Assembly: GCF_963921235.1 (NCBI RefSeq)
Contig: NC_086101.1
Location: 8,744,001 to 8,808,000, forward strand
Direction: 5' to 3'
Source of the DNA: Mobula hypostoma
Taxonomy: Eukaryota
DNA length: 64,000 nucleotides
Position numbers and translations under genes: made by a program. The notes below the pieces were generated by a model. That model searched no databases, was not told the origin of the DNA, and worked only from the letters and a program-made list of their open reading frames with translations. Shown here one piece after another: positions 24,708 through 36,587 of this stretch (position 1 is its first letter; each line of letters starts with the position of its first letter).

Positions 24708-26630
24708 GCAGGTGAAAACTGTTGAGTTTCCTCTCCTGTTTGGAGTAGATGGTCCAAGTCTCGCTACCATACAGGAGGGTGCTGATAACGCATGCATTGT
24801 ACACAGCAGTCTTGGTCTTTGTAGCGAGTTTCGCATTCTCCCAGACCCGCGAGGACAGTCCAGCAAGGATCGATGCTGCTTTGCCAATACGCCTATTGAT
24901 TTCAGCATCAAGGGAGAGAGTGTTGCTAATGGTCGACCCCAAGTATGTTAACTCGTGGACCACTTCTAGATCGTAATTGTCGATAGTAATGACTGGTGTC
25001 TCCACTAAGTTCAGGGCAAGGACATTTGTGTTCTGTTGGCTGATGGTAAGCCCGACGTCCTTGCATGCCTTAGAGAAGCGATCCATGAGAGTTTGTAGTT
25101 GCTGTTTGGTGTGCGAGTTTATAGCAGCGTCATCGGCAAAGAGCATGTCACGTATTAAGATCTTTCGCACCTTTGTTCTTGCTCTCAGGTGCGCAGGGTT
25201 GAACAGCCGCCCATCAGACCTGATGTGCATGTAGATGCTTTCTGTCGACGTCCCAAACGCGTGCTTCAATAGCAGAGAGAAGGAGATGCCGAATAATGTT
25301 GGGGCCATCATGCATCCTTGTTTGACTCCACATGGAATAGCGAAGGGTTCTGATGAGTTGCTGTTGTACGCAACAGTAGCCCTCATGTCGTCATGAAATG
25401 ACTGATACGTTGGAGTTTCGGGGGACAGCCGATCTTGAGGAGAATCTGAAACAGCCCATCCCCGCTGACAAGATCGAATTCTTTGGTCAAGTCAATGAAA
25501 GGGACATAGAGGGGTTTCTGTTGTTCCCTGCACTTCTCCTGGAGTTGACGGAGTGAGAAAATCGACAGTTGACCTCCTTGCGCGAAGACCACATTGGGAC
25601 TCAGCATTGACCCGTGTTGCCAGAGTTTGTAGACGTGCCAGAGTTACATGGGCAAAGGCTTTGCCGACAATACTTAGGAGGGAGATACCCCTGTAGTTGT
25701 TGTAGTCGCTCCTGTCACCCTTGTTCTTGTACAAAGTGACGATTTTGGAGGTGCGCATATCCTGTGGTACGGCTCTTTCCTTCCAGCACTGATGGAGGAC
25801 CTCGTGTAAAGGTTGGAGGAGTGAGCTCTTGCAGAGTTTGATCAGGTCTGGAGGAATCCCATCATTGCCAGGATTTTCCCTGGGGCCAGACTGTCAATTG
25901 CCTTGCTGAGGTCCTCAATGTTTGGTTCGGAGTTGAGTTCATCCATGACTGGCAGACAATCAATGGCTGAGCTAACAACACCATTTTCCCTCGAGTAGAG
26001 CTCTGAGTAGTGTTCTGCCCAGCGCTCCATCTGCTTGCTTTTATCGGTGATTATTTTAGCGCTGGATGACTTCAGGGGTGCCAAGCGTGCAGCTCTCACA
26101 GAGTACAAGCGCTCACCATCCGACCAAACACTCCAGACACTTCGAGCTGCTGGAATCAAAGTGCAACAGATTGCAAGGCAGTGCGCAAATGAGCACTGGT
26201 TCCAGCTCAGTGAGGACATTCAGACGGCAGCTGTGACAGGCAACATCAGATCCATGTGCGATGGCATCAAGAAGGCCCTTGGCTCATCGCGGAGATGCAA
26301 TCCAAAGAGGTATAAAAAGGGGCATTTTTTTGTGCAATTGGAGAGTTTTGTCTGACGCTAGATCGCCACTGGTGTTAGTGTTGAGATTTGGGGAAGATAG
26401 GGACAAGGGGAGAGGGACTGGGGATGGGGAGCTGTGAGAAAAATTGTCGGATCTGTGACGCCCTTCTGACACTGCAGAGATCGGCTCAGTGAATGATAAG
26501 AATTATTTTGATTCTGTACTGCAACTACTGCAGACTCTTGATTTTTCTATCTGTATTGCATTTGTGCTGGTTCTAATGAGGTGCTTTCTTGTGGCCTTGA
26601 ACACGTGTGCAGCATCTGCTTTGTCTGTGA

Positions 26631-27200
26631 TGTTATGAACTGCAATGTTTTAGAATCGAACCAGCAGCAACAGATTTTACTCTGAGTCTGAGTTTGATGT
26701 TAAAACCACTATCTTTATTAGTATCTATTTATAATATAGTAACTTAATGAAGATAAACAAAAGGTAACAGTATTAGGTGTATGTATGTGTGTAAATAGAA
26801 CTCCCAAACTATATTGAGCTAAAGGTAATAAGGCTTAGAGTCTTGAGATGGTACAGTAGGAAAGTTCAGTGATCCACGAGATAAATGATGGGAGAGAGAG
26901 TTTTGTAATCCAGGGTGAAACGTAGAGAAAAAGTAAGTACGAAGTATTCCACAGATTCCACGATGGTGAAAGGAGATTGGAGTCGCCGGAGATCTTCGTC
27001 GTATCGTTATCACCGAAAGTGACTTGTAACAGAAGATATGGTCTTCAAGTGATTACCACACACCATATCTAGGCAAGGTCTCCACAGGATCCACTCCTTT
27101 GGATCTTTGAATTATACAAAGTGACAGTCTCACATTCGGTGTGCACCGTGTGCGGATATTTACCCAATCTTTTGGGCTTAAAAGAATTTTGAACCATCGC
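26631..27200 (-). mobile_element. Truncated LTR-like repeat
   Basis: Starts TGTTATG; AATAAA on the minus strand; shares GTCTTCAAGTG..AGGCAAGG with 54691-55428. Confidence 0.5.
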
Positions 27201-27201
27201 A

Positions 27202-27593
27202 GTGAAAGACGCTCTTTGGTCGCCCTGAAACTTGATGATCTACCAGCACATGGAGATGTCCGTGGGAGAATGCTGCCGACTGGCACATTCTCGGCTGCAG
27301 GAGTACGTGCTGAGGGACGCACTGAAACTCGGTGCAGCCACCGCAAGGGCCCGGTGGGGAAGGACCACAGTATAGGTTTCTCCACCCGTGGGAGTGGGAG
27401 GGGTCGGAGGGCGGGGAATATACCCCTCAACAATGGTGTGGAAAAGTGAACAACTGGAGCGTCACGTGGGTGGCTATAAGTATGGATATGTACTGACTAT
27501 AATGGAAACGTATGTAAAGGATGGAAAGTTATTGAATGGTTTATTGTATATAATTTTATTTTTGAATAAAGTATATTTTGAAATAAAAAAAAA
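27202..27593 (+). mobile_element. Tx1 LINE 3' fragment with poly(A)
   Basis: Near-identical to 3521-3760 with a related 3' UTR; followed by a Penelope end (27594-27678). Confidence 0.92.
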
Positions 27594-27749
27594 CTTTGAT
27601 GTGTCTTCTGCTGCGTTCACCAGCAACTTTGATGTCCGTTGCTTGAATTTCCAGCATGTGCAGAATTCCTGTTGTTTATGTTGTGAATTTTGTTGCTTTG
27701 CTGCCACTGTACAGTTCAATACAGAGAAATCACTGAGGTATATGAAATA

Positions 27750-30700
27750 CAATAAAAGTAAATAAGTTTTGCAAAAAGCAAGGAAAACAGTGAGGTAGTG
27801 TTCATGAGTTCATGGACTGTTCAGGAATTTCATGGCAGAGAAGAAGCGATTGCTAAAACATTGAGTGTGTGTCTTCAGGCTCCTGTAGCTCCTCCTGATG
27901 GTAGTAATGAGAAGACAGCATGTCCTGGATGGTGAGGGTCTTCCAAGATGGACACCGCCTTCTTGTGACATCACCTGTTGAAGGTGTATTCTCTGGTGGG
28001 GAGACTCATGTCCTTGATGGGGCTGGCTGAGCTTACAACCCTCTGCAGTGTTTTCTGATCCTAGGCACCGGAGCCTCCATACCAGGTGGTGGTGCAACCA
28101 GTCAGGTATCTGTCGAAATTTGTCAGGTTTCTGATTGCAAAGCAAATCGCCTCCAACTCCTGATGAAATATCATTGCTGGCATGCCTCCTGCATAATTGC
28201 ATCAATATGTTGGTCCAAGAAAAATTTTCACAGATGTTGTTACCCAGGAACTGGAAACTGCTCACCCTTCCTACTGCTGATCTCTCAATGAGTACTGGTG
28301 TGTGTTTCCATGACTTTCCCTTCCTGAAGTCCACAATCAATTCCTTGGTCTTACTGATATTTGGTGTAAGATTGTTGTTGCGACCCCACTCAACCAGCTG
28401 ATCCATCCCACTCTTGTATGCCTTCTCTTCACCATCTAAGGTTCTGACAATAACAGCTCTGTCATCGGCAAATTTGTGTTTGAGCTGTGCCTAGCCACTG
28501 AGATCTCACTGCTGCTGGGCAAACAATTGAAGGGTATATTGTTCAAAGAGGAAACATGACTGATATTGGTACTTTGTACATTGGCTGTACTAGTGATGAC
28601 ACCACAGACCTAACCCCATTCTGAATGTACAGACAGGGTGATATCATAAATATACAATCGTGCACTGTTTTACTTCTATCATAACTTTTAATGCGTAAAG
28701 TTTAATCCTGAAATAAAAAGAGGAAATAATCCGTATTATGGGGGTTGAGAGGGTTGAGAGCATTATGGTCCCAGTGTGAACATCACCAGCCTGTCCTGAT
28801 CTATCTACATTGATGCCCTGACAATAAAGCTCACCAATATCTCTACTTCCTCAGGAGGCCAGCAAAATTGGGCATGGCCTCATCGATTCTTACCTATTTT
28901 TATTATTGCACCATAGAAAGCATTCTGTCTGGATACACAATGGTTTCATTTGGCAACTGCTCTGCATGTGACAGCAAGAAACTGCAGCGAGCTGTGGACA
29001 CAGTTCAACACATCACAGAAAACAGCCTCCCCTCCACGGACTCTGTCATTTTTTCTTGCTGCTTCAGTAAAGCAGCCAGAATAAACAAAGACCCCTCTCA
29101 CCCCAGATATTCCCTTGTCGTTGAGGAAGAAGAACTAACACTGAGATACGGAGGGAGATCGCTTCAGAACGCCTTTATTGTAGCATGATATCATGGAGAG
29201 CCCGTCCTCCTGAAAGCGGAGTTCGTGAGACTCTTTCTGACAATGGGTCACGCTCTTATTTATATCCCGAGTATTTGAGAGAAAAACACATAATCAGAAG
29301 GAGGAACTTCAATGGCAGTTCTGCTGAGTAGCAAAATTGCAGGATATGTCCCTGAGCAGTTACACATTTACTTCAGTGTTAATTTCTCAAAAGAGTATAT
29401 CAGACAGGCTAAAAGAGTATATCAGACATGTGATGATTCCTAGAACAACAAATACATAGTTATTTTAATCAGCCTGGCTGAAAGGCACATTGTCAGCAGC
29501 ACAGAGTACATTAGTCACAGTAGACTTTGATTTTAAATTTGAAGATCATTAACCCTTCCTTGCTCAATACAGTGTCAGTTCTGGATATTTTCTTCCACAT
29601 CCCTCTTCTTCCATAAGACATTGGAGCAGAGTTAAGCCATTCAGCCCATCTAGTCTGCTCTACCATTTGATTATCGTTGATTCATTTCCCTCTCAATCCC
29701 ATTCTCCTGCCCTCTCCCTGTTGCCGCTCAGCCTGACGTAAGAAGAATCTATCAACCTCGGCTTTAAATACACTCAGTGTCCTGGCCTCCACAGCTGCCT
29801 GTGGCAACGAATTCCACAGATTCACCACACTTGGGCGAAAGAACTTTCTCCTCATCTCCAACAAATTTCATGGCATTTGTCAGTGATAATAAACAAATTT
29901 CTGATTCTGATTCATGGGTTCATAGTTCATTCATAAAATTCATGGCAGAGAGGACGGTGAGTATGGTTTGCTCCTACACCTCCCCCACCAACTCCTACCA
30001 GAGTTAGTAATGAGGAGAGGTCAACCCTGGATGGTGAAGATCCCAGGGATGCTGCCACCCTGAGGCTCTGCCTTTTGGAGATGTATTGGATGGTGGGGCA
30101 GGTTGTGCCTGTGGTGGAACTGACTGAGTCTGTAGTCTCTTGTGATCTTGTGCGTTGGAGCCTCCCTACCAGGTGGTGATGCAACCAGTTAGAATCGTCT
30201 CTGAAGCACAAATGTAGGAGTTTACCAGAGTCTTTGGTGACATAACAAATCTCCTCAAACTCTAAACAAAGTAGAGTTTCTGGCATGCATCCTTTGTGAT
30301 TGCATCTGTATATTGGGCCCAGGGTGGATCTTCCGAGACATTGATGCCCAGGAACATGTCACATATACCGAGGAGCAGTGAAAAACATTTGCTTGCCATC
30401 CATATAGAAGACCATTTCTTTAAAAGAGAGCATTCAGGTGGTACGAGGGAAAAACAATTACAGAATGCAGAAAACAATGTTCCAGTTACAGAGAAAGTGC
30501 AGTGCAGGCAGACAATAAGGTGCAAGGCCATGATCAGGTAGCTTATGAAATCAACAGTCCATCTTGATGTACTTGGGCACCATTTAATAGTCTTATAACA
30601 CTGGGATAGAAACTGCCTGAGCCTGGTGGTCCGTGCTTTCAGGTGTTTGTCTCCACTGCCTGATTGGAGGGGGAGATGAGACTATGTCTGGGATGTCTTT

Positions 30701-31050
30701 GATTATATTGGCTGCTTTTCCGAGGCAGAGAGAAGTGTAGAAAGCGTCCATGAGAAGTTGGTTTCTGTGATGTATTGAGCTGTTTCCACAAATCTCTGCA
30801 GGTTCTTGTGATCTCAGGCAAAATACGCCAAGACGTGATGCATCTGGGCAGAATGCTTTCTCTTATGCATCTTCAGAATTGATGAGAGTCAAAGGGAACA
30901 TGCACAATTACTTTACCCTCCTGAGAAAGTGGAGGCTTTCATCGTCATGATGCCTAGGTGGTAAGACCAAGAGAGGCTATTTTGATGTTCATTCTTGGTA
31001 ACTAGGAGCTGTCAACCCTTTCGGCAGCAACGTCATTGATGTCGACAGGA
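27750..31050. mobile_element. Cluster of old Rex/L2-like and CR1 3' fragments in both orientations
   Basis: Degenerate peptides NISKTKELIVDFRK and FYYCTIESILSG..LQRAV; CR1 3' end near 29610-29860; boundaries approximate. Confidence 0.7.
29116..29599 (-). mobile_element. Solo LTR (ERV-like)
   Basis: TG...CA ends, perfect 5-bp TSD TCCCT, TATAAATA and AATAAA on the minus strand, 18-bp direct repeat AAAAGAGTATATCAGACA. Confidence 0.85.
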
Positions 31051-31139
31051 ACTCAGCAAACAGTTCAGCAAATACTCTGCACACTGTCTCGTCAAAGATT
31101 CCCAGAGGAGGGACAACACGGATGAGAGTCAGAGCAAAC

Positions 31140-32101
31140 AGAAGAACATAAGAAATAACAGCAGGAGTCGGGCATCTGTCCCGTCAATTCTACTTCGCCA
31201 TTTAATATGATCAGGTCTGATCCGGCCGTAGATCCCATCACCATAAGATATAGGATAGCAGAATTGGGATATTCTACTGTCGAATGACTTGGCCTCCACA
31301 ACTGTCTGTGGAAATGAATTCCACAGATTCACCACCTTCTGGTTAATAAATTCCTCCTCATCTCTGTTCTAAAGGAACATCCCTCTATTCTGAAGCTGTG
31401 CCCTCTGGGTTGTCGACTCACTCATGACTTAGCTCCACCTAACTTACACCATAATATATAGAAGCAGAAGTAGGCCATTCGGCCCATCGTGTCTGCTACG
31501 CCATTCAATCATGAGCTGATCCAATTCTTCCAGTCATCCCCATTCCCCTGCTACCATCCAATACCTTTTGATGCCCTGGGCTAATCATGAACCGACCCCT
31601 GTGGAACTCCACAGACAACCGACAGCCAGCCAGAATAGGATCCGTTTATTCCCACTGTAATTTCCTTTATTTCCCTGAAATTCCGATACATTGAATTTTA
31701 TGTTTTCCCTCTCAAATTTCAATTTGAACTCGATCATATTGTGATCACTGTTCCCTAAGTGTTCCTTAACTTTAAGCTCAATTATCCCCTCTGGATCATT
31801 GCACAACACCCAGTCCAGCACAGCCGATCCCCTAGTGGGCTCAACAACAAGCTGTTCTAAAAAGCATCCCTTAGACATTCTACAAATTCTCTCTTGAGGT
31901 CCAGTACTGACCTGAATTTCCGGAATCCACTTTAATGTTAAAATTTTCAACGATTATCATGACATTACCTTTCTGACACACCTTTTCTATCTGCTGCTGT
32001 AATTTGTAATCCACATCCCGGCTGCTGTTTGGAGGCCTGTATACAACTGCCATTAGTGTTCTTTTACCCTTGCCATTTCTTAACTCAACCCATAGAGACT
32101 C
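31140..32101 (-). mobile_element. Old CR1 fragments
   Basis: VVEPTRGSAVLDWVLCN..LGNSDHNMIEF and CR1 3'-UTR motifs. Confidence 0.75.
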
Positions 32102-32102
32102 T

Positions 32103-33680
32103 CATCGTCATCATCATCAGGTGCCATGCCCAGTTTGAGCTTTGACTGCCATGGCCCACACACTTTTGTTTCGGGTCAGGTAGATCAATTCATTGGTATT
32201 CATTTCCAGTTCTCTGACTGCTGTCTCCATCATCATTTGTCTTTGTCTTCCACTTGCTTTCTTCCCTTCAATCTTTCCCATAATTACCGTGCATTCTAAC
32301 TTCTCCTTCCTAATCGCATGTCCAATGAAGTTACGTTGCCTTTTCATGATCTCATACATTATTTCTCTTTTTGTGTTTGCTCTGTTGATGACATCCTCGT
32401 TAGATATTCGTTTCGCCCATGACATACTTTGCATCCTCCTCAAAATCCACATCTCTGCTGCTACAATTCGTTTCCTCATGTTACAAGATATTGTGCAACA
32501 TTCTGAGCTATTTTACATAACTGGATAAACGTAACATTTCAGTACTCTGAGGTGGGTTGTCATGCCTAGTTTAGTATTGGTCAGTACACTCTTCATTCTC
32601 GTAAAGGTGTCTTTTGCCATCCCTATTCTTCTTTTCATGTACAAGTCGCACCTGCCACCTGATGTCACCCAGCTTCCTAAGTAGCAAAAGTTCTGTACTT
32701 GTTTTATGTCTTCCCCATTTATTCTCAGCCTCCATATAGGATTTTCCTTCTTTTTGGATATGACCATACATTCTGTCTTTTTGTAATTGATAGATAGACA
32801 GATTTTGCACTTTCTTCAACAATTATATCAATTAAGATTTTTAGTTCTTCCTCCGTACTTGCAATTAACACAGTGTCATCTGCATATCTGAAATTATTGA
32901 TGTTTTCACCACCAACTTTGGTTCCCAAGAGTTTTCTTATCTTTTGTAATATTGTTTCACTGTACACATTAAATAAATCAGGGGAGAAAACATACCCTTG
33001 TCTAACGCCTCTCTTGATTTTCGTAAACTGACTCACTTCTCCGTCTATTCTTACAGCGGCAGTTTGTTCCCAGTACAGATTTCTGATTAGGCGGAGGTCT
33101 TTCGAATCTAGATCTAGAGTTTCCTGTAATATTTCAAATAACTTGTGCCTCGCTTTATCAAATGCTTTTGTGTAGTCGATAAAACAAACAAACAAATCTT
33201 TTCGCACTTGAATAGCTCGTTCTGATAGTATCCTTAACATCAATATTGCGTTTCTTGTACCCTTGTCTTTCACAAAACCACATTGTCCTTTGCCTATTTC
33301 AGCTTGTATCTTAGTTTTAGCTCTTTTCATCAACATTCTTAGAAGTATCTTGGTGATATGACTCATTAAATTTACAGTCCTATGTAATTTACATTCTTTT
33401 GCTTCAGCTTTTTTAAGAAGAGTGATAAATACTGATTTTTTCACCTCTTCTGGTATTATTCCAGTCTCTTAAATTTCACTGATTAAATCAACACGTTTTT
33501 CAATTCCATAATCTTCAAGGGCGGTACTGTAATTTATTCTATTACTAATTCATCAGGACCTGCTGCCTTTCCTTTCTTCATCTTATTTATTGCATTACGA
33601 ACTTCAGATTTTAAAATACTTGGACCTTCAATGCTTTTCTTAATTTCTGTTTTTTCGCCTGGATCGTCTTTATCCAACGG
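32103..33680 (-). mobile_element. RTE/RTEX-like LINE, 5'-truncated, (GAT)n tail
   Basis: KAAGPD, FIDYTKAFD, GVRQG, RYADD, GKIEGK. Confidence 0.9.
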
Positions 33681-33989
33681 AGGCCAGCAGTGACACCCTA
33701 CTTTCTGACCACGTTCAACCTTAGTCATCTGTGGTTCATGTTCTGAATTCAGGGCTCGCTAATCCAACTGATGAACGCTTGGAAGTTCAGTTTATTGCAG
33801 TACCGCATTCAACCAGACGATGGTGATGGCGAACAGTTCATTGATCGATTTCATGGCGAGGATCCCCACCTGCTGCTGGAAGCCGGTACTGCAGGAGGAG
33901 CAGAAATGAAATGCTGGAGCTCTCGACTGTATGCAAGAAAATATTTGTTTACGGAATAAGGGCATTAGCAGCAGGACTAGCGTCTGTAA

Positions 33990-36565
33990 GACCATAAGAC
34001 ATAGGAGCAGAATTAGGCCATATGGCCCATCGAGTCTTCTCCACCTTTCAATAATGGCTGATCCTTTCCCCCTCCTCAACCATATTCGTTGGCCTTCTCA
34101 TCATAACTGTTGATGCCATGTCCAATCAAGAACCAATAAACCTCTGCCTTAAATACCGTACACCGAGAGACCTGGCATCCACAGCGGCATGTGGTAAAAA
34201 ATACTACAAATTCACCACCCTATGGCTAAACAAATTTCTTTGCATCCCTGTTTTAAATAGACCCCCTCTATAGAACATAGAACGTAAAATAGTACAGCGC
34301 AGTACAGGCCCTTCGGCCCACAATGTTGTGTCGAACCTCAAACCCTGCCTCCCATATAAGCCCCCACCTTAAATTCCTCCATATACCTGTCTAGTAGTCT
34401 CTTAAACTTCACTAGTGTATCTGCCTCCACCACTGACTCAGGCAGTTCATTCCACGCACCAACCACTCTCTGAGTCAAAAACCTTCCTCTAATATCCCCC
34501 TTGAACTTCCCACCCCTTATCTTAAAGCCATGTCCTCTTGTATTAAGCAGTGGTGCCCTGGGCAAGAGGCGCTGGCTTCCCACTCTATCTATTCCTCTTA
34601 TTATCTTGTACACCTCTATCATGTCTCCTCTCATCCTCCTTCTCTCCAAAGAGTAAAGCCCTAGCTCCCTTAATCCTGAGGCTGAACCCTTTTGTCCTAC
34701 ACTCCCCACCATGGGAGAGATTCTTTCCACATCGACTCCGTATAGGCCTTTCAACATTTAAAAGGTTGCAATCAGATCACTCATCATCCTTCAAAATTCC
34801 AGCGAGTACATACCCAGAGCCATCAAATGTTCCTCGTATGATAACACTTCCCCCCCCCCCCCCAAAATCACCCTTGTGAATATCCTTCGGACGCTCTCCG
34901 ATGTCAGCACATCTTTTTGTAGATAAGAAGCCCAAAATTGTTCACAATATTCAATTTGAAGCCTCACCAGTGCCTGATAAAGTCTCGGTATCACATCCCT
35001 GCCCTTGTATTCAAGACATTTTGATTTGAATGCTGACATTGTATTTGCCTCTCTCACCACTGACTCAACATGCAAGTTAACCTTTACAGTGCTCTGCGCA
35101 AGGACTCCCAAGTCACTTTGCATCTCAGATTTCTGGGTTTTTCCCCCCATTTTGAAAATAGTCTGCACATTTATTTCTACCACCAAAGTGCATGACCATG
35201 AATTGTCCAACATGGTATTTCATCTGACACTTTCTTGCCCGTTCTCCTAATCTGTCTAAGTCCTTCTGCAGCCCTCCTGTTTCCTCAACACTACCCGCCT
35301 CTCTATCAACCGCCACATCATCTGCAGACTTGGCAACAAAGCTATCTATTCCATCATATAAATCAATTATACACAGCATAAAAAGAAGTGGTCTCAATAC
35401 CGACCCCTGCAGAACACCACTAGTCATTGGCAGCCAACTAGAAAAGGATCCTTTTATTCCCACTCACTGTATCTATAATACTCTAACCATGTTAGTAACT
35501 TTCCTGTAATACCATGGGTTCTAATTTGGTAAGTAGCCTCATGTGTGGCACCTTGTCAAAGGCCTTCTGAAAGGCCAAATATAGGACATCCACTGGATCC
35601 CATTTATTTATCCCACTTGCAATCTCCTCAAAGAATTCCAACAGGTTCGTCGGGTAAGGTTTTCCTTTAAGGAAACCATGCTGACTTTGTCCTATCATGT
35701 CCTGTCTCATCAAGTACTCCATAACCTCATCCTTAACAATTGAATCCAACATTGTCCCAAACACTGAGGTCACTAGTCTAATTTTCTTTCTACTACGTTC
35801 CTCCTTTCGTAAAGAGTGGTGTGACATTTCCAATTTTCCAGTCCTCTGGCACCATATTGGAGTCCAATGATTGTTGAAAGATCATTACTAATGCCACTAC
35901 AATCTCTACCGCTACCTATTTCAGAACCCGAGGGTGAATTTCATCTGGCCCGGGTGACTTATGTACCCTTAGGTCTTTCAGTTTTTGAGCACCTTCTCCC
36001 TTGTAATAGTAACTGCACTCACTTCTCTTCCTTCACACACTACAACATCTGGGACGCTGTTAGTGTCTTCCGCAATGAAGACTGATGGAAAATACTTGTT
36101 TAGTTCATCTGCCATTTCCTTATCCTCTGTCATTATTACTCTGGCCTCATTTTCTAGCGATCCTGTATCCACTTTCACCTCTCTTATTATCTTACCTGCT
36201 TGAAAATGCTTTTTCCATCCACTTTAATATTGTTTGCTAGCTTGCTTTCATATTTCATCTTTTCCCTGCTAATGATTCTTTTAGTTGCTCTATGTAGGTG
36301 TTTAAAAGCTTCCCAGTCCTCTCTCTTCCCGCTAATGTTTGCTTTGCTGTATGCCTTTCCTTTTGTTTTTACATTAGCTTTGACATCTCTTGTCAGCCAC
36401 AGTTGTACTATTTTGCCATGTGAGTTTTTGGAATGCATCTGTCCTGCACCTTCCTCATTTTCCCCAGAAACTCACGCCATTGCTGCTCCGCTGTCATCCC
36501 TGCCGGAGCTCCCTCCGATTTACTCTGTCCAACTCCTCGCTCACGCCACTGTAATTTCCTTTACT
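33990..36565 (-). mobile_element. Old CR1 LINE with a young 3' CR1-A fragment nested at 34270-34673
   Basis: Degenerate RT ORFs 34791-36438; 34270-34673 is near-identical to 56116-56518. Confidence 0.85.
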
Positions 36566-36587
36566 GGCCCACGACTGTCATTGAGAA

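Larger units (their letters stand above)
22238..26283 (-). mobile_element. RTE-clade LINE with (CA)n tail, nested Penelope and inverted 5' segment
   Basis: NNYRGISLLS, FIDLTKEFD, GVKQGC, FADD, LLYGSETW, RLRWLGHV and C-terminal CxxC; (CA)n tail at 22238-22255. Confidence 0.92.

Noticed and set aside
24340..25386. 348-aa ORF as a single gene
   Set aside because: RTE RT running into antisense Penelope sequence.
33793..33804. TATTGCAGTACC as U2 snRNA loop IV
   Set aside because: No other U2 sequence or Sm site nearby.
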